This document shows, one piece after another, positions 42,106 to 52,751 of a DNA stretch of 64,000 nucleotides. Made by a program: the position numbers and the translations under genes. This DNA is from Spirochaetia bacterium (GTDB lineage Bacteria > Spirochaetota > Spirochaetia > UBA9216): NCBI GenBank assembly GCA_963677925.2, contig CAXXYH010000004.1, forward strand, positions 1,760,001-1,824,000, written 5' to 3'. Every line of letters starts with the position of its first letter. Position 1 is the stretch's first letter. Below the pieces are notes generated by a model, which was not told where the DNA came from, searched no databases, and worked only from the letters and a program-made list of their open reading frames with translations.

Positions 42106-42471
42106 ATGATGGACGCGAAAAAAGGTTATAAAGCAAAATCAACACATCTGATGATATCTCCTACCAAATTAAGAAGGGTAGCTAATGTTGTAAGGATGAA
42201 ACCTTATACAGAGGCTGTTGCGATACTGGAAAGTCTTCCTCATAAAGGCGCTGTATATCTTAAAAAAACAATACAGTCTGCTGCAGCAAATGCTCTTGTT
42301 CAGAATAAAAATCTTGATGAAGAAATGCTCTACATTAAGACTCTGATGGTGGATGAAGGCCCTAGAATGAAAAGAGTATGGGCACGTGGTAGAGGAAGAA
42401 GAGACCTTCTTCTTAAGAGAATGAGTCATATAACTGTTGTTGTTGATGAAATAGGTAGTTTGGGGGAATAA
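42106..42471 (+). CDS. rplV: 50S ribosomal protein L22
   Basis: VDEGP..KR...RGRGR..KRMSHITV. Confidence 0.96.
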   Translation: MMDAKKGYKAKSTHLMISPTKLRRVANVVRMKPYTEAVAILESLPHKGAVYLKKTIQSAAANALVQNKNLDEEMLYIKTLMVDEGPRMKRVWARGRGRRDLLLKRMSHITVVVDEIGSLGE

Positions 42472-43173
42472 ATGGGTCAGAAAGTTAATCCTATTGGTCT
42501 GCGGTTAGGTATAAATAAAACCTGGAAATCTAAGTGGTACGTAGACCCAAGAGAATATGCGGATACACTGCATGAAGATCTTGTTATTAGAAAAACCCTG
42601 CTCAATTGTCCTGAGACAAACGGAGCAGATATTTCGGATATTGAGATTATCAGACACCCGCAGAGAATAACTGTTGTGATTCATACTTCCAGACCGGGAA
42701 TCATTATCGGTGCTAAGGGTGCCAATATTGAGAAAATCGGCAACAGACTTCAGACTATTTCAGGAAAGAAAATCCAGATTAAAATTAAAGAGATAAAGCA
42801 GCCTGAAAATGATGCTCAGATTATTGCACTTAATGTAGCAAGACAGCTTAAATCAAGAAGTTCTTTCAGAAGAACTTTGAAGATGGCCGTTAACAACGCT
42901 ATGAAAACAGGTGTTCAGGGAATTAAAATTAAAGTTTCCGGAAGACTTGGCGGTGCTGAAATGTCAAGAACTGAACAGTATAAAGCTGGGCGTGTTCCTC
43001 TGCATACTCTTAGAGCTAATATCGATTATGGTTTCGCTGAAGCTGATACAACTTTCGGTTTAATCGGAGTTAAGGTCTGGGTTTTCACCGGCGAGGTATA
43101 CAAGAGAGACAGGAAGGAAGATGCCGGACTGCTTGTTAAAAAGCAGAGGGAAAAATCCTCCTCAAGGAGTTAG
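42472..43173 (+). CDS. rpsC: 30S ribosomal protein S3
   Basis: [23 protein letters not shown]. Confidence 0.97.
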   Translation: MGQKVNPIGLRLGINKTWKSKWYVDPREYADTLHEDLVIRKTLLNCPETNGADISDIEIIRHPQRITVVIHTSRPGIIIGAKGANIEKIGNRLQTISGKKIQIKIKEIKQPENDAQIIALNVARQLKSRSSFRRTLKMAVNNAMKTGVQGIKIKVSGRLGGAEMSRTEQYKAGRVPLHTLRANIDYGFAEADTTFGLIGVKVWVFTGEVYKRDRKEDAGLLVKKQREKSSSRS

Positions 43174-43179
43174 TGCAAG

Positions 43180-43593
43180 ATGCTTAGTCCTAAGAGAACG
43201 AAATTTAGAAAAAAACAGAGAGGCAGGCTTGTAGGTGAAGCTACCAGAGGCAATACGGTTGCTTTCGGTGACTTCGGACTTGTGTCTCTCGAAAATAAAT
43301 GGATAACAAACCGACAGATAGAAGCAGCACGTATTGCGATGACAAGGCATATCAAGAGGGGCGGTAAAGTCTGGATTAGAATTTTCCCGGATTTTCCATA
43401 TACCAAAAAACCTGCTGAAACCCGAATGGGTAAAGGTAAGGGTAACCCTGAATACTGGGTAGCTGAGGTAAAACCCGGCACAGTTATGTTTGAAATGGCC
43501 GGAGTTAGCTCTGAGCTTGCTGCAGAAGCTATGAGACTTGCGGGTAATAAACTGCCTATAAAAGTTAAGTTTGTCGAAAGAAGGAGTCTTTAA
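43180..43593 (+). CDS. rplP: 50S ribosomal protein L16
   Basis: [12 protein letters not shown]. Confidence 0.97.
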   Translation: MLSPKRTKFRKKQRGRLVGEATRGNTVAFGDFGLVSLENKWITNRQIEAARIAMTRHIKRGGKVWIRIFPDFPYTKKPAETRMGKGKGNPEYWVAEVKPGTVMFEMAGVSSELAAEAMRLAGNKLPIKVKFVERRSL

Positions 43594-43595
43594 GA

Positions 43596-43796
43596 ATGAA
43601 GAATTCATTTTCTGATTTAACTTATGAAGAACTTCTCAATAAAAGAGAAGAGCTTAAAAAGAAGCTTCTTGATGGCAGATTCAACAAGGTTCTTGGTCAT
43701 GTGGAAAGTCCGATTGAAATCAGGACTATGAGAAGACAGATCGCTAGATTGAATACTATTATTCATGAATATGCACTCGGAATTCGCAAGGCATAG
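43596..43796 (+). CDS. rpmC: 50S ribosomal protein L29
   Basis: [14 protein letters not shown]; synteny. Confidence 0.93.
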   Translation: MKNSFSDLTYEELLNKREELKKKLLDGRFNKVLGHVESPIEIRTMRRQIARLNTIIHEYALGIRKA

Positions 43797-43810
43797 TGCA
43801 GGAGATAGTT

Positions 43811-44086
43811 GTGGATACTAAAGCAGTAGAAAAGACAAAAGGCTATAATAAGACATTTCAGGGTGTAGTTGTCAGCGATAAAATGGATAAGACCATTGTT
43901 GTCGAAGTAAGGACAAAGAAACTTCACAGACTGTACAAGAAATATCTTTCTAGAACAAAGAAGCTTAAGGCACATGATGAGAAGAATGATGCTCATATCG
44001 GAGACACAGTCCGTGTAATTGAAACCAGACCTATCAGTAAAGATAAGTGCTGGCGCCTTCTCGAAATTGTTGAGAGAGCAAAATAA
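43811..44086 (+). CDS. rpsQ: 30S ribosomal protein S17
   Basis: [22 protein letters not shown]; GTG after AGGAG. Confidence 0.96.
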   Translation: MDTKAVEKTKGYNKTFQGVVVSDKMDKTIVVEVRTKKLHRLYKKYLSRTKKLKAHDEKNDAHIGDTVRVIETRPISKDKCWRLLEIVERAK

Positions 44087-44118
44087 TTTAAAATTATTTT
44101 GTCTGAAGGAGTGATAAT

Positions 44119-44487
44119 ATGATCCAGATGCAAACGTATCTGAATGTTGCAGATAACAGCGGAGCCAAAAGGGTACAGTGTATCAAGGTTCTGGGCGGAA
44201 GCCACAAAAATATTGCCGGAGTAGGTGACGTAATTGTTGTAGCTGTTAAGGATGCACTTCCTAACGCAGCAATCAAGAAGGGCGATGTCCATAAAGCCGT
44301 TATTGTCAGAACAAGTAAGGAATACCGCCGTATTGACGGTACATATATCAGGTTTGATGATAATGCTTGCGTCATTTTGGATGCTAGTTTAAATCCTAGA
44401 GGAAAGCGTATCTTCGGCCCGGTAGCTCGAGAGCTGAGAGAGGGAGGCTTCATGAAGATTGTTTCCCTTGCACCGGAGGTCCTTTAA
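44119..44487 (+). CDS. rplN: 50S ribosomal protein L14
   Basis: [17 protein letters not shown]. Confidence 0.98.
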   Translation: MIQMQTYLNVADNSGAKRVQCIKVLGGSHKNIAGVGDVIVVAVKDALPNAAIKKGDVHKAVIVRTSKEYRRIDGTYIRFDDNACVILDASLNPRGKRIFGPVARELREGGFMKIVSLAPEVL

Positions 44488-44499
44488 AGGGGTTTGGAA

Positions 44500-44811
44500 A
44501 TGGTTAAATATAAGATTAAGAAGAACGATACAGTAAAGGTTGTCTGCGGTAAGGACAAAGGTAAGACCGGTAAGGTCGTTAAGGTTAACCGTGAGAAAGG
44601 CCGTGTAGTTGTTCAGGGTATTAACATTGTAAAAAAAGCAATGAAACCTAAAAGCCAGAACGAAAAAGGCGGTATCGTCAGTATTGAAGCTTCAATGGAT
44701 ATATCCAATGTTAGAGTAATATGCAAGAAATGCGGACCTACAAGACTTGGGTACAAAATTGAAGGTGACGATAAGGTTAGAATTTGTAAGAAATGCGGAG
44801 AAGCAATCTGA
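44500..44811 (+). CDS. rplX: 50S ribosomal protein L24
   Basis: [10 protein letters not shown]; CKKC pairs. Confidence 0.96.
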   Translation: MVKYKIKKNDTVKVVCGKDKGKTGKVVKVNREKGRVVVQGINIVKKAMKPKSQNEKGGIVSIEASMDISNVRVICKKCGPTRLGYKIEGDDKVRICKKCGEAI

Positions 44812-45368
44812 TGGCAGTGAAAGAATATGTACCAACACTAAAGAAGTTTTATAAAGATTCAGTTGCGAAAGAACTTCGTGAAGAATTTGGATACAGCTCT
44901 GTTATGCAGATTCCCGCACTTGAGAAGGTTATAGTTAGCGTAGGCTGTGGTGATGCAATTCAGAACAAAAAGTTTCTTGAATCCGCAGTTTCCGAACTTG
45001 AACTGATTACCGGCCAGAAAGCTGTAAAGACAAAGGCCAGAAAGTCAATTTCTAACTTTAAGCTTCGTGAAGGTATGGAAATCGGCGCAAAGGTAACACT
45101 CAGAGGTGCATACATGTGGGAGTTTCTTGAAAGATTTATTTCAATAGCACTTCCCCGTGTTAAGGACTTCAGAGGTATTAATCCGAATGCTTTCGATGGA
45201 AACGGTAATTACTCACTTGGTATTACCGAACAGATCATTTTCCCTGAAATCGATTTTGATAAGATTGAACGGGTAAGTGGTATGAATATAGCAATTGTAA
45301 CAACCGCTAAAACAGACCAGGAAGCCAGAAGCCTTCTGCAGAAGCTCGGCATGCCTTTCAGGAAATAG
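44811..45368 (+). CDS. rplE: 50S ribosomal protein L5
   Basis: [15 protein letters not shown]; TGATG overlap with rplX. Confidence 0.97.
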   Translation: MAVKEYVPTLKKFYKDSVAKELREEFGYSSVMQIPALEKVIVSVGCGDAIQNKKFLESAVSELELITGQKAVKTKARKSISNFKLREGMEIGAKVTLRGAYMWEFLERFISIALPRVKDFRGINPNAFDGNGNYSLGITEQIIFPEIDFDKIERVSGMNIAIVTTAKTDQEARSLLQKLGMPFRK

Positions 45369-45379
45369 GAGTGTAGATA

Positions 45380-45565
45380 ATGGCTAAAAAATCAATGATT
45401 GTAAAAGCTAACAGAACTCCGAAATATAGTACAAGAAAAGTAAACAGATGTAGAGTCTGTGGAAGACCGAGAGGCTATATGCGGAAGTTTCAGATGTGTA
45501 GGGTTTGTTTCAGAAAATACGCCAGTGAGGGACTTATCCCGGGTGTAACAAAATCGAGCTGGTAG
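45380..45565 (+). CDS. rpsN: 30S ribosomal protein S14 (type Z, zinc-binding)
   Basis: 61 aa, CRVCGR...CRVCFR. Confidence 0.96.
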   Translation: MAKKSMIVKANRTPKYSTRKVNRCRVCGRPRGYMRKFQMCRVCFRKYASEGLIPGVTKSSW

Positions 45566-45575
45566 GGAGAGTAAT

Positions 45576-45974
45576 ATGGCAGTTTCAGATCCTGTAGCTG
45601 ATATGTTAACTAAAATTCGAAATGCAAACAACGCAAGATTTGACAGAGTTGATATACCTACTTCAAAGTTGAAGCTTGAAATAGTTAAGATACTTAAGAA
45701 TGAAGGCTACGTTAAAAACTTTAAGAAAACGACAATAGATGGAATTAACTTCATCAGAATTTTTCTGAAATATGTAAATGATGATGAACCAATAATTCAT
45801 GGTATTACAAAGATTTCAAAGCCTGGTAGAAGAATCTATACAGGTTACAAAAAAATGCCCAGAGTGTATAACGGATACGGAACTCTGATTGTATCTACTT
45901 CAACCGGTGTAACTACCGGCAGGAAGGCTGCTGAAAAGAAAGTCGGCGGTGAAGTTATTTGCTCAGTTTGGTAG
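45576..45974 (+). CDS. rpsH: 30S ribosomal protein S8
   Basis: [27 protein letters not shown]. Confidence 0.97.
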   Translation: MAVSDPVADMLTKIRNANNARFDRVDIPTSKLKLEIVKILKNEGYVKNFKKTTIDGINFIRIFLKYVNDDEPIIHGITKISKPGRRIYTGYKKMPRVYNGYGTLIVSTSTGVTTGRKAAEKKVGGEVICSVW

Positions 45975-45989
45975 GATAGGGGTAGCGAG

Positions 45990-46526
45990 ATGTCTCGAAT
46001 TGGAAAATTACCGGTAGCAATTCCGCAGGGAGTTAAGGTTTCTGTTTCAGAAGAGCTTATCACTGTAGAAGGACCGAAGGGAAAACTTGAACAGGATTAT
46101 AAACCTGAAGTTGAGATTAAGGTTGAAGATAATTCCGTAGTTGTTACGGCCAAATCCGACACAAAAAGCGCTCATTCTTACCATGGTTTATATCGTTCAC
46201 TTATAAATAATATGGTTACCGGAGTTTCAACCGGTTTTTCTAAAACACTTATTATTAACGGTGTAGGTTACCGTGCTGAAGTTAACAAGGATATCCTTAC
46301 ACTCAGCCTTGGTTACTCACAGCCGATTGATTTCTACATTGAAGAAGGAATCAATATCAGTGTTGAAGGCACAAAGGTAACTGTATCAGGTATCGATAAA
46401 CAGCGCGTTGGTCAGATTAGCTCTGAGATCAGAGGACTTAGACCGCCTGAGCCGTATAAGGGTAAGGGTATAAGATACGATAACGAGAATATCAGAAGAA
46501 AAGTCGGAAAATCTGGTATTAAATAG
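45990..46526 (+). CDS. rplF: 50S ribosomal protein L6
   Basis: [17 protein letters not shown]. Confidence 0.97.
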   Translation: MSRIGKLPVAIPQGVKVSVSEELITVEGPKGKLEQDYKPEVEIKVEDNSVVVTAKSDTKSAHSYHGLYRSLINNMVTGVSTGFSKTLIINGVGYRAEVNKDILTLSLGYSQPIDFYIEEGINISVEGTKVTVSGIDKQRVGQISSEIRGLRPPEPYKGKGIRYDNENIRRKVGKSGIK

Positions 46527-46535
46527 GGTACTTAA

Positions 46536-46895
46536 ATGAAGAAACTAATACAAAAGGCTAACCGAAGAGTTCGGAGAAAGAAACACGTTAGAAAAACTGT
46601 TAGTGGTACTCCTGAAAGACCTCGTTTGAGTGTTTTTAAGAGTAACAGGCACTTATATGCACAGGTAATTGATGATGCCACTGGTGTTACAATTGCTTAC
46701 GCAAATAACATGGAAAAAGATAACAAGGCGATTCCTTCTACGGTAGAAGGCGCAGAGAAGCTCGGTACGCTTCTTGGAGAACGTCTAAAAGAAAAAAATA
46801 TATCTACGGTTGTTTTTGACAGAAATGGATTTTTATATCACGGCAAGGTTAAGGCTATTGCTGAGGGTGTCAGAAAAGCCGGAGTTACTATCTAG
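46536..46895 (+). CDS. rplR: 50S ribosomal protein L18
   Basis: RPRLSVFKSN, FDRNGFLYHG. Confidence 0.97.
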   Translation: MKKLIQKANRRVRRKKHVRKTVSGTPERPRLSVFKSNRHLYAQVIDDATGVTIAYANNMEKDNKAIPSTVEGAEKLGTLLGERLKEKNISTVVFDRNGFLYHGKVKAIAEGVRKAGVTI

Positions 46896-46904
46896 GAGGA
46901 GAAC

Positions 46905-47399
46905 TTGGACGCTGTAAACGAAAAAGAATACGTTGAAAAGCTGATTAAGCTCAACAGGGTAGCCAAAGTAGTAAAAGGTGGTAGACGATTTTCATTCTCC
47001 GCACTGGTAGTTGTCGGTGATCAGAATGGAAGAGTCGGATACGGATTTGGAAAAGCTAATGACGTTTCTGAAGCTATCAGGAAAAGCGTTGAAAAAGCTA
47101 AAGGCAACCTTATTACTGTACCCATTAAAAATGACACACTTCCGCATGAATACATCGGTGAATTTAAAAGCGCCAGAGTTATTCTGAAGCCTGCTGCACC
47201 CGGTACCGGTATTATAGCCGGTGGACCCGTTCGTGCTGTAATGGAAGTAAGCGGAATAAACAATATTCTCAGCAAATCTCTTGGTTCAAAGAATGTTATG
47301 AATATTACAAAGGCTGTTTTTAACGGACTTGAAAATATGATGAACGCCAAGAGCATAGCCAAGGGCAGAGGTAAAACTCTTGCTGATATGTGGGGTTAG
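46905..47399 (+). CDS. rpsE: 30S ribosomal protein S5
   Basis: [22 protein letters not shown]. Confidence 0.97.
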   Translation: MDAVNEKEYVEKLIKLNRVAKVVKGGRRFSFSALVVVGDQNGRVGYGFGKANDVSEAIRKSVEKAKGNLITVPIKNDTLPHEYIGEFKSARVILKPAAPGTGIIAGGPVRAVMEVSGINNILSKSLGSKNVMNITKAVFNGLENMMNAKSIAKGRGKTLADMWG

Positions 47400-47401
47400 A
47401 A

Positions 47402-47590
47402 ATGGCTGACAAGAAGATAAAGATTGAACTGGTTAGAAGCTATATCGGCCGAAAACCAAATCAGGTTAAGACACTTAAAGCTCTCGGGCTTAGAAAGATC
47501 AGCCAGTCGGTTGTTAAAGAAGCAAATCCGGCTATCTTAGGCATGGTCAATACTGTCTCACATCTCGTTAAGGTCGAGGAGATTAACTGA
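47402..47590 (+). CDS. rpmD: 50S ribosomal protein L30
   Basis: [15 protein letters not shown]; synteny. Confidence 0.95.
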   Translation: MADKKIKIELVRSYIGRKPNQVKTLKALGLRKISQSVVKEANPAILGMVNTVSHLVKVEEIN

Positions 47591-47592
47591 TT

Positions 47593-48039
47593 ATGAGTGA
47601 TATTAGATTACCTGCTGGTGCAACCAGTAAGAAAAGAATAAAGGGTCGCGGTAACGGTTCAAGAAGAGGCGGTACAAGCGGTCGAGGCAGCAATGGTCAG
47701 AACGCAAGATCAGGCGGTGGTGTAAGACCGGGATTTGAAGGCGGTCAGATGCCACTCTACAGAAGAATAGCAAGCAGAGGTTTCTCTAACTATCCTTTCA
47801 AAGTGGAATATAAGACCATTAATCTCAAAGAACTCAGCGAAAAGTATGCTGATGGAGAGACCGTTAACATGGAAACTCTTCGTGAAAAGGGCATACTGAA
47901 AGGTAAGAATAAGCTTGTTAAAATACTCGGTGAGGGTGATATCGACAAGAAGCTTACAGTTGAAATTGAAAAAATCTCAGCCGGTGCAAAAGAGAAAATT
48001 GAAAAAGCCGGCGGAAATATTGTAGTTAAAGAAGGTTAG
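47593..48039 (+). CDS. rplO: 50S ribosomal protein L15
   Basis: GFEGGQMPLYRR. Confidence 0.97.
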   Translation: MSDIRLPAGATSKKRIKGRGNGSRRGGTSGRGSNGQNARSGGGVRPGFEGGQMPLYRRIASRGFSNYPFKVEYKTINLKELSEKYADGETVNMETLREKGILKGKNKLVKILGEGDIDKKLTVEIEKISAGAKEKIEKAGGNIVVKEG

Positions 48040-48040
48040 G

Positions 48041-49363
48041 ATGGCCGGAAATAAACTTGCAGACATGATGCGTGTAAAGGATTTAAGAGATAGAATCCTT
48101 TTTACTATTCTGATGCTGGTAGTATACAGACTGGGTGTAGCTATTCCTATTCCTGGTATTAACCTGAATGCACTGAAGTTATACTTCATGTCTCAGGATG
48201 CCGCAGGAGGAATAGGAGTTACTGAGTATATTGATTTCTTTTCAGGTGGAGGATTTAAAAACTTCTCCATATTTATGCTTGGTATTATGCCCTATATATC
48301 AATGTCTATTATCATGCAGCTCCTTCTAATGGTATTTCCTTTTTTAAAGAAAATATCAGAGGAAGACGGCGGAAGAAAGAAGATACAGAAATATGTAAGG
48401 TACGGTACAGTAGTTGTTTGTCTCGTGCAGTCATACGCGGTTACAATATATGCAAATCAGATTCCTGATGCTATTACAATGAGCAGACTTGCTTATTCAA
48501 TAATAGCGATGCTGACGGTAACAACAGGAACCCTGTTCCTGATGTGGATGGGAGAACAGATAACTCAGAGGGGCGTTGGAAACGGAATATCGCTTATAAT
48601 TTTTGCAGGTATCGTAGCCAGAATGCCTAATGCGTTTGTATCAATAATCAGAGCAGTAAGAGAAGATTCTCTTAATCCGGTTTTCGTAATCATTGTTCTT
48701 GCAATGTTTGTAGTTGTTGTTGCGCTCGTTATTTATGAGCAGCAGGGACAGCGAAAAATTCCGGTTCATTATGCTAAAAGGGTAGTCGGAAGAAAAATGT
48801 ACGGTGCTCAGAGTACCTACATTCCCTTTAAGATTAACCCGTCAGGTGTTATCCCTGTAATCTTTGCGTCATCAATTCTGACGTTCCTTTTACAGATTGC
48901 TAACAGTCTAGGCGGAGATGTCAAATGGCTTTCCAGTTTTGCTTACTGGTTAAGACCCAGAGGTCCGGCTTATCTTATTATATATACGCTGTTAATCATC
49001 TTTTTTGCTTACTTCTATACTCAGGCAACTTTAAACCCCATGGAGATAGCAAAACAGATTAGAGAAAACGGCGGTTCGATTCCTGGTGTCAGATCAGATA
49101 AACTTGAAGAGCACCTGAACAAGATACTTGCCAGGATAATTTTACCGGGCGCTCTCTTCCTGGCGTTTATAGCGATTATACCTACTATTGTTCAATCAGT
49201 ATTTAATTTTCCCGCCTCTGCGGCAATGTTATTGGGCGGAACTTCACTGCTGATTATGGTAGGTGTTGACCTGGATACGATGTCACAAATCGAAGGTCAT
49301 CTTAGGATGCATCATCAGGATGGATTTGTGAAGAAAGGAAAAATAAGATCAAGGAATCTTTAG
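48041..49363 (+). CDS. secY: Preprotein translocase subunit SecY
   Basis: LGIMPYI, GVGNGISL, GVIPVIFA; 10 TM. Confidence 0.97.
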   Translation: MAGNKLADMMRVKDLRDRILFTILMLVVYRLGVAIPIPGINLNALKLYFMSQDAAGGIGVTEYIDFFSGGGFKNFSIFMLGIMPYISMSIIMQLLLMVFPFLKKISEEDGGRKKIQKYVRYGTVVVCLVQSYAVTIYANQIPDAITMSRLAYSIIAMLTVTTGTLFLMWMGEQITQRGVGNGISLIIFAGIVARMPNAFVSIIRAVREDSLNPVFVIIVLAMFVVVVALVIYEQQGQRKIPVHYAKRVVGRKMYGAQSTYIPFKINPSGVIPVIFASSILTFLLQIANSLGGDVKWLSSFAYWLRPRGPAYLIIYTLLIIFFAYFYTQATLNPMEIAKQIRENGGSIPGVRSDKLEEHLNKILARIILPGALFLAFIAIIPTIVQSVFNFPASAAMLLGGTSLLIMVGVDLDTMSQIEGHLRMHHQDGFVKKGKIRSRNL

Positions 49364-49375
49364 AAGAGGTAGATG

Positions 49376-49489
49376 ATGAAAGTCAGAGCAAGTGTTAAAC
49401 CAATGTGTGATAAATGCAAGGTTATAAGAAGACGGGGTGTGCTCCGCATACTGTGTGAGAATCCAAAACACAAACAGAGACAGAGGTAG
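49376..49489 (+). CDS. rpmJ: 50S ribosomal protein L36
   Basis: Not in ORF track; [37 protein letters not shown]. Confidence 0.96.
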   Translation: MKVRASVKPMCDKCKVIRRRGVLRILCENPKHKQRQR

Positions 49490-49498
49490 GAGTATTTT

Positions 49499-49873
49499 AT
49501 GGCACGAATTTCGGGTGTTGACCTCCCAAATAAACAGATTAAAATAGCTTTAACATACATCTATGGAGTAGGCAGAACAACAGCTTTGGAAATCTGTAAA
49601 AAGCTTGATGTCAGTCCAGAAAGTAATATAAATGATCTTTCAAGTGATGATATAGCCAAGCTTCGCCAGATACTTGATAATGAGTACAAAGTTGAAGGAA
49701 GACTTCGAACAGAAACCGCGCTGAATATTAAGAGACTTATGGACATCGGCTGTTACAGAGGTCTTAGACATAGAAGAGGCTTACCGGTAAGAGGTCAGAG
49801 AACAAAGACCAATGCTAGAACCAGAAAGGGTAAGAAAAAGACCGTTGCTGGAAAGAAGAAAGCTGGTAAATAA
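49499..49873 (+). CDS. rpsM: 30S ribosomal protein S13
   Basis: [15 protein letters not shown]. Confidence 0.97.
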   Translation: MARISGVDLPNKQIKIALTYIYGVGRTTALEICKKLDVSPESNINDLSSDDIAKLRQILDNEYKVEGRLRTETALNIKRLMDIGCYRGLRHRRGLPVRGQRTKTNARTRKGKKKTVAGKKKAGK

Positions 49874-49890
49874 GTCGGAGGGAATTGAGA

Positions 49891-50271
49891 TTGGCTAAGG
49901 TAAAGAAAAAGAAAGATAAAAAGACGGTACAGGAAGGTAACGTCTATATTCAGGCTACTTTTAACAATACTATTGTTACAATTACCGATTTGAACGGAAA
50001 TGCTGTATCATGGGCAAGTGCCGGTGGACTTGGTTTCAGGGGTGCGAAAAAATCTACTCCCTACGCAGCACAGACAACTGCAGAGACTGCGGCTAAGAAA
50101 GCTATGGATTACGGTCTCAGAGAAGTCTACGTATATGTAAAAGGTCCCGGTGTAGGTAGAGAGTCTGCTATCAGATCTCTCGGTAATCTTGGACTGTGGG
50201 TTAAGGGTATCATTGATGTTACTCCTATACCTCATAACGGCTGCAGACCCAGAAAGAGCAGAAGAGTATAG
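49891..50271 (+). CDS. rpsK: 30S ribosomal protein S11
   Basis: [20 protein letters not shown]. Confidence 0.97.
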   Translation: MAKVKKKKDKKTVQEGNVYIQATFNNTIVTITDLNGNAVSWASAGGLGFRGAKKSTPYAAQTTAETAAKKAMDYGLREVYVYVKGPGVGRESAIRSLGNLGLWVKGIIDVTPIPHNGCRPRKSRRV

Positions 50272-50288
50272 GTAGAGGGAGACAGGAA

Positions 50289-50924
50289 ATGGCAAGAAAT
50301 ACAGGTCCACAGTGCAGATTGTGCAGAGCTGAGAAGAAAAGACTTTATCTTAAAGGCGAAAGGTGCAGAAGCACTAAATGTCCTATTACAAAGAAAAGAA
50401 ATCCTCCTGGAAAAGGCCCGAAGACAAGAGCAGGTAAGCTCTCTGACTACGGTGTTCAGCTCAGGGAAAAGCAGAAACTTAAAAGAACTTACGGTATGCT
50501 TGAGAAACAGTTTAAGCTTACTTTTGACAAAGCTGAAAAAATGAAGGGTAAGACCGGTGAAAACCTGATCGTCCTTCTTGAAAGAAGACTCGATAATATC
50601 GTTTTCAGAATGAGGTTTGCTTCATCAAGGAATCAGGCAAGACAGCTTGTTTCTCATGGACATATCTTTGTTAACGGAAAAAGAGTTACTATCGCCTCCT
50701 ATATAGTTAAGGAAAACGACGTAATCGAAGTTGGTGAGAACAGCAAAAAACTTACTGTTATTAAAGACAGTTTGAAAGAATACACCAAGTCCGGTGTTTA
50801 TCCTTGGCTTCAGGTAGATCCTGATGCAATGAAAGGAAGCATAAAAGCGTTACCATTAAGAAGTGATGTCGCCGACCTTGCTGAGATCAATGAGCAGCTG
50901 GTCGTTGAGCTCTATTCAAGATAA
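50289..50924 (+). CDS. rpsD: 30S ribosomal protein S4 (Cys-containing form)
   Basis: CRLCR...C...[15 protein letters not shown]. Confidence 0.97.
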   Translation: MARNTGPQCRLCRAEKKRLYLKGERCRSTKCPITKKRNPPGKGPKTRAGKLSDYGVQLREKQKLKRTYGMLEKQFKLTFDKAEKMKGKTGENLIVLLERRLDNIVFRMRFASSRNQARQLVSHGHIFVNGKRVTIASYIVKENDVIEVGENSKKLTVIKDSLKEYTKSGVYPWLQVDPDAMKGSIKALPLRSDVADLAEINEQLVVELYSR

Positions 50925-50941
50925 AAAAACAGGGAGTGCAC

Positions 50942-51997
50942 ATGGCGAGGAAAAATCTTTTAAAGGGATTTAAGAAGCCTAAAGGTATATCCTTTGAGCA
51001 CAGTGAATTAAGCAATAATATCGGAAGATTTACAGCTTATCCGTTCGAAAGGGGATTTGGAACTACCATCGGAAATACACTGAGAAGGATTCTGCTTTCT
51101 TCTATACAGGGTTATTCTGTGACAGCAGTTAAGATAACCAGTTATGACAAAGAAGGCACTCCTCATATGATTTCCAGTGAGTTTGAGGCAATACCTGAGG
51201 TAGTAGAAGATACTCCGGAGGTTATTAATAACCTTAAGAAACTGAAAATCAAGCTTCCTGAAGAAGTTGAACAGAAGATCCTTAACCTTGAATTCAAGGG
51301 CGGCGGAAAAATCACTGGTGCTGATTTTAAAGTTGATGAGGACATTGAAATTTTCAATGAAGATCTTGTAATTGCAACTTTGATGGATAAAGCTAATCTT
51401 GATGTAGAAGTTCAGATTGATCTGGGAAGGGGCTATGTCCCGGCCGAGGTCAACGAGCAGTACATTGAGGTAATTGGAACTATTGCAATTGATTCAGTAT
51501 TTTCACCGATAGTGAAAGTCAGTTACGATATAGAGAATACAAGAGTTGGTCAGAGAAACGACTATGACAAACTGGTACTTGATGTAGAAACAGACGGTAC
51601 AATTTCTCCTGAAGATGCCGTTGCTGAGGCTGCGAAAATTGCTAAGGATCATTTCACCATATTCATTAATTTTGATGAAGATGCAATTGGCGGTGATGAA
51701 GAAGTTGACGAGGAAGAAGAGCGAATCAAAACTATCCTCGACACACCTGTTGAAGAGCTTGAATTATCAGTAAGATCAAGTAACTGTCTTAAGAACGCTA
51801 ATATTAAGACAATTGGGGATCTTACAAGAAGAAGTGAAGACGAAATTGCTAAAACAAGGAATTTCGGAAAGAAATCGCTTCTCGAAATTAAAGAAAAGCT
51901 CAGTGAATGGGGTCTTAGTCTTGGTATGACTGATTACAGCGTGCTTAAGACTTCAAGAAAATTACAGTCGAAGAAGGAAGAAGCAAATGAAGCATAG
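50942..51997 (+). CDS. rpoA: RNA polymerase alpha subunit
   Basis: [35 protein letters not shown]. Confidence 0.98.
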   Translation: MARKNLLKGFKKPKGISFEHSELSNNIGRFTAYPFERGFGTTIGNTLRRILLSSIQGYSVTAVKITSYDKEGTPHMISSEFEAIPEVVEDTPEVINNLKKLKIKLPEEVEQKILNLEFKGGGKITGADFKVDEDIEIFNEDLVIATLMDKANLDVEVQIDLGRGYVPAEVNEQYIEVIGTIAIDSVFSPIVKVSYDIENTRVGQRNDYDKLVLDVETDGTISPEDAVAEAAKIAKDHFTIFINFDEDAIGGDEEVDEEEERIKTILDTPVEELELSVRSSNCLKNANIKTIGDLTRRSEDEIAKTRNFGKKSLLEIKEKLSEWGLSLGMTDYSVLKTSRKLQSKKEEANEA

Positions 51998-52592
51998 AGT
52001 TGGTTTTAACAAGCTCAGCAGGAAATCAAGCCACAGAAAGGCTTTACATAGAAATATGGTAACCTCTCTATTCAAACATGAAAGAATTACAACTACCAAG
52101 GCAAAAGCTCTAGAGATCAGAAGAACTGCTGAGAAAATGATCACCAGAGCAAAAAGTGATTCTGTTCATAATAGAAGGATTATTAACAAAGATATTAAGG
52201 ACGGTGAAGTTCTTAATAAGCTTTTTACTGAAATCGGACCTAGAAATGCTACAAGACCAGGTGGTTACACCAGAATCTACAAGCTTGGTTTCAGGAAAGG
52301 TGATGCAGCCGAGATGGTTATTCTTGAATTGGTTTCTGAAGAAGAATCAGAGACAAAAAAGAAGAAGCCTTCAAAAGCAAAAAAAGCAGCTGAACCAAAA
52401 GCAGCAGTAAAAACTGAAGTTAAAAAGGATACTCCTGTCAAGGAAGAAGTCCCTGTTGAAGCTCCAGTAACTGAAGAACCTGCAGTTGAAGAAGCAGCGG
52501 TTGAAGAAACTGAAGCAGAAGTTGTAGAAGACAAAGCTGCTGAAGTTGAAGATAAGGCTGAAGAAGCTGAAACAGTTGAAGAAGACAAATAA
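51987..52592 (+). CDS. rplQ: 50S ribosomal protein L17 with long K/A/E-rich C-terminal tail
   Basis: [17 protein letters not shown]; ~85-aa low-complexity extension. Confidence 0.96.
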   Translation: MKHRVGFNKLSRKSSHRKALHRNMVTSLFKHERITTTKAKALEIRRTAEKMITRAKSDSVHNRRIINKDIKDGEVLNKLFTEIGPRNATRPGGYTRIYKLGFRKGDAAEMVILELVSEEESETKKKKPSKAKKAAEPKAAVKTEVKKDTPVKEEVPVEAPVTEEPAVEEAAVEETEAEVVEDKAAEVEDKAEEAETVEEDK

Positions 52593-52610
52593 AGAATCAA
52601 CATATCTGAA

Positions 52611-52641
52611 AAGGAGGTGCTGAAAGGCACCTCTTTTTTTT
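52611..52641 (+). terminator. Rho-independent terminator ending the ribosomal supercluster
   Basis: GAGGTGC-TGAAAG-GCACCTC plus T8. Confidence 0.88.
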
Positions 52642-52751
52642 CCTCAAAGCATTCTTATAACGGTTACACTCGCAAAATTGCGCTATAATATTTGCTGTTA
52701 AGTGCCGATATTAAAAGGAATAAATGTTTTTAGCTGGAGACCAGTGATTTA

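Noticed and set aside
49364-49498. Absence of adk, map and infA after secY
   Set aside because: Known spirochaete gene order; not novel.
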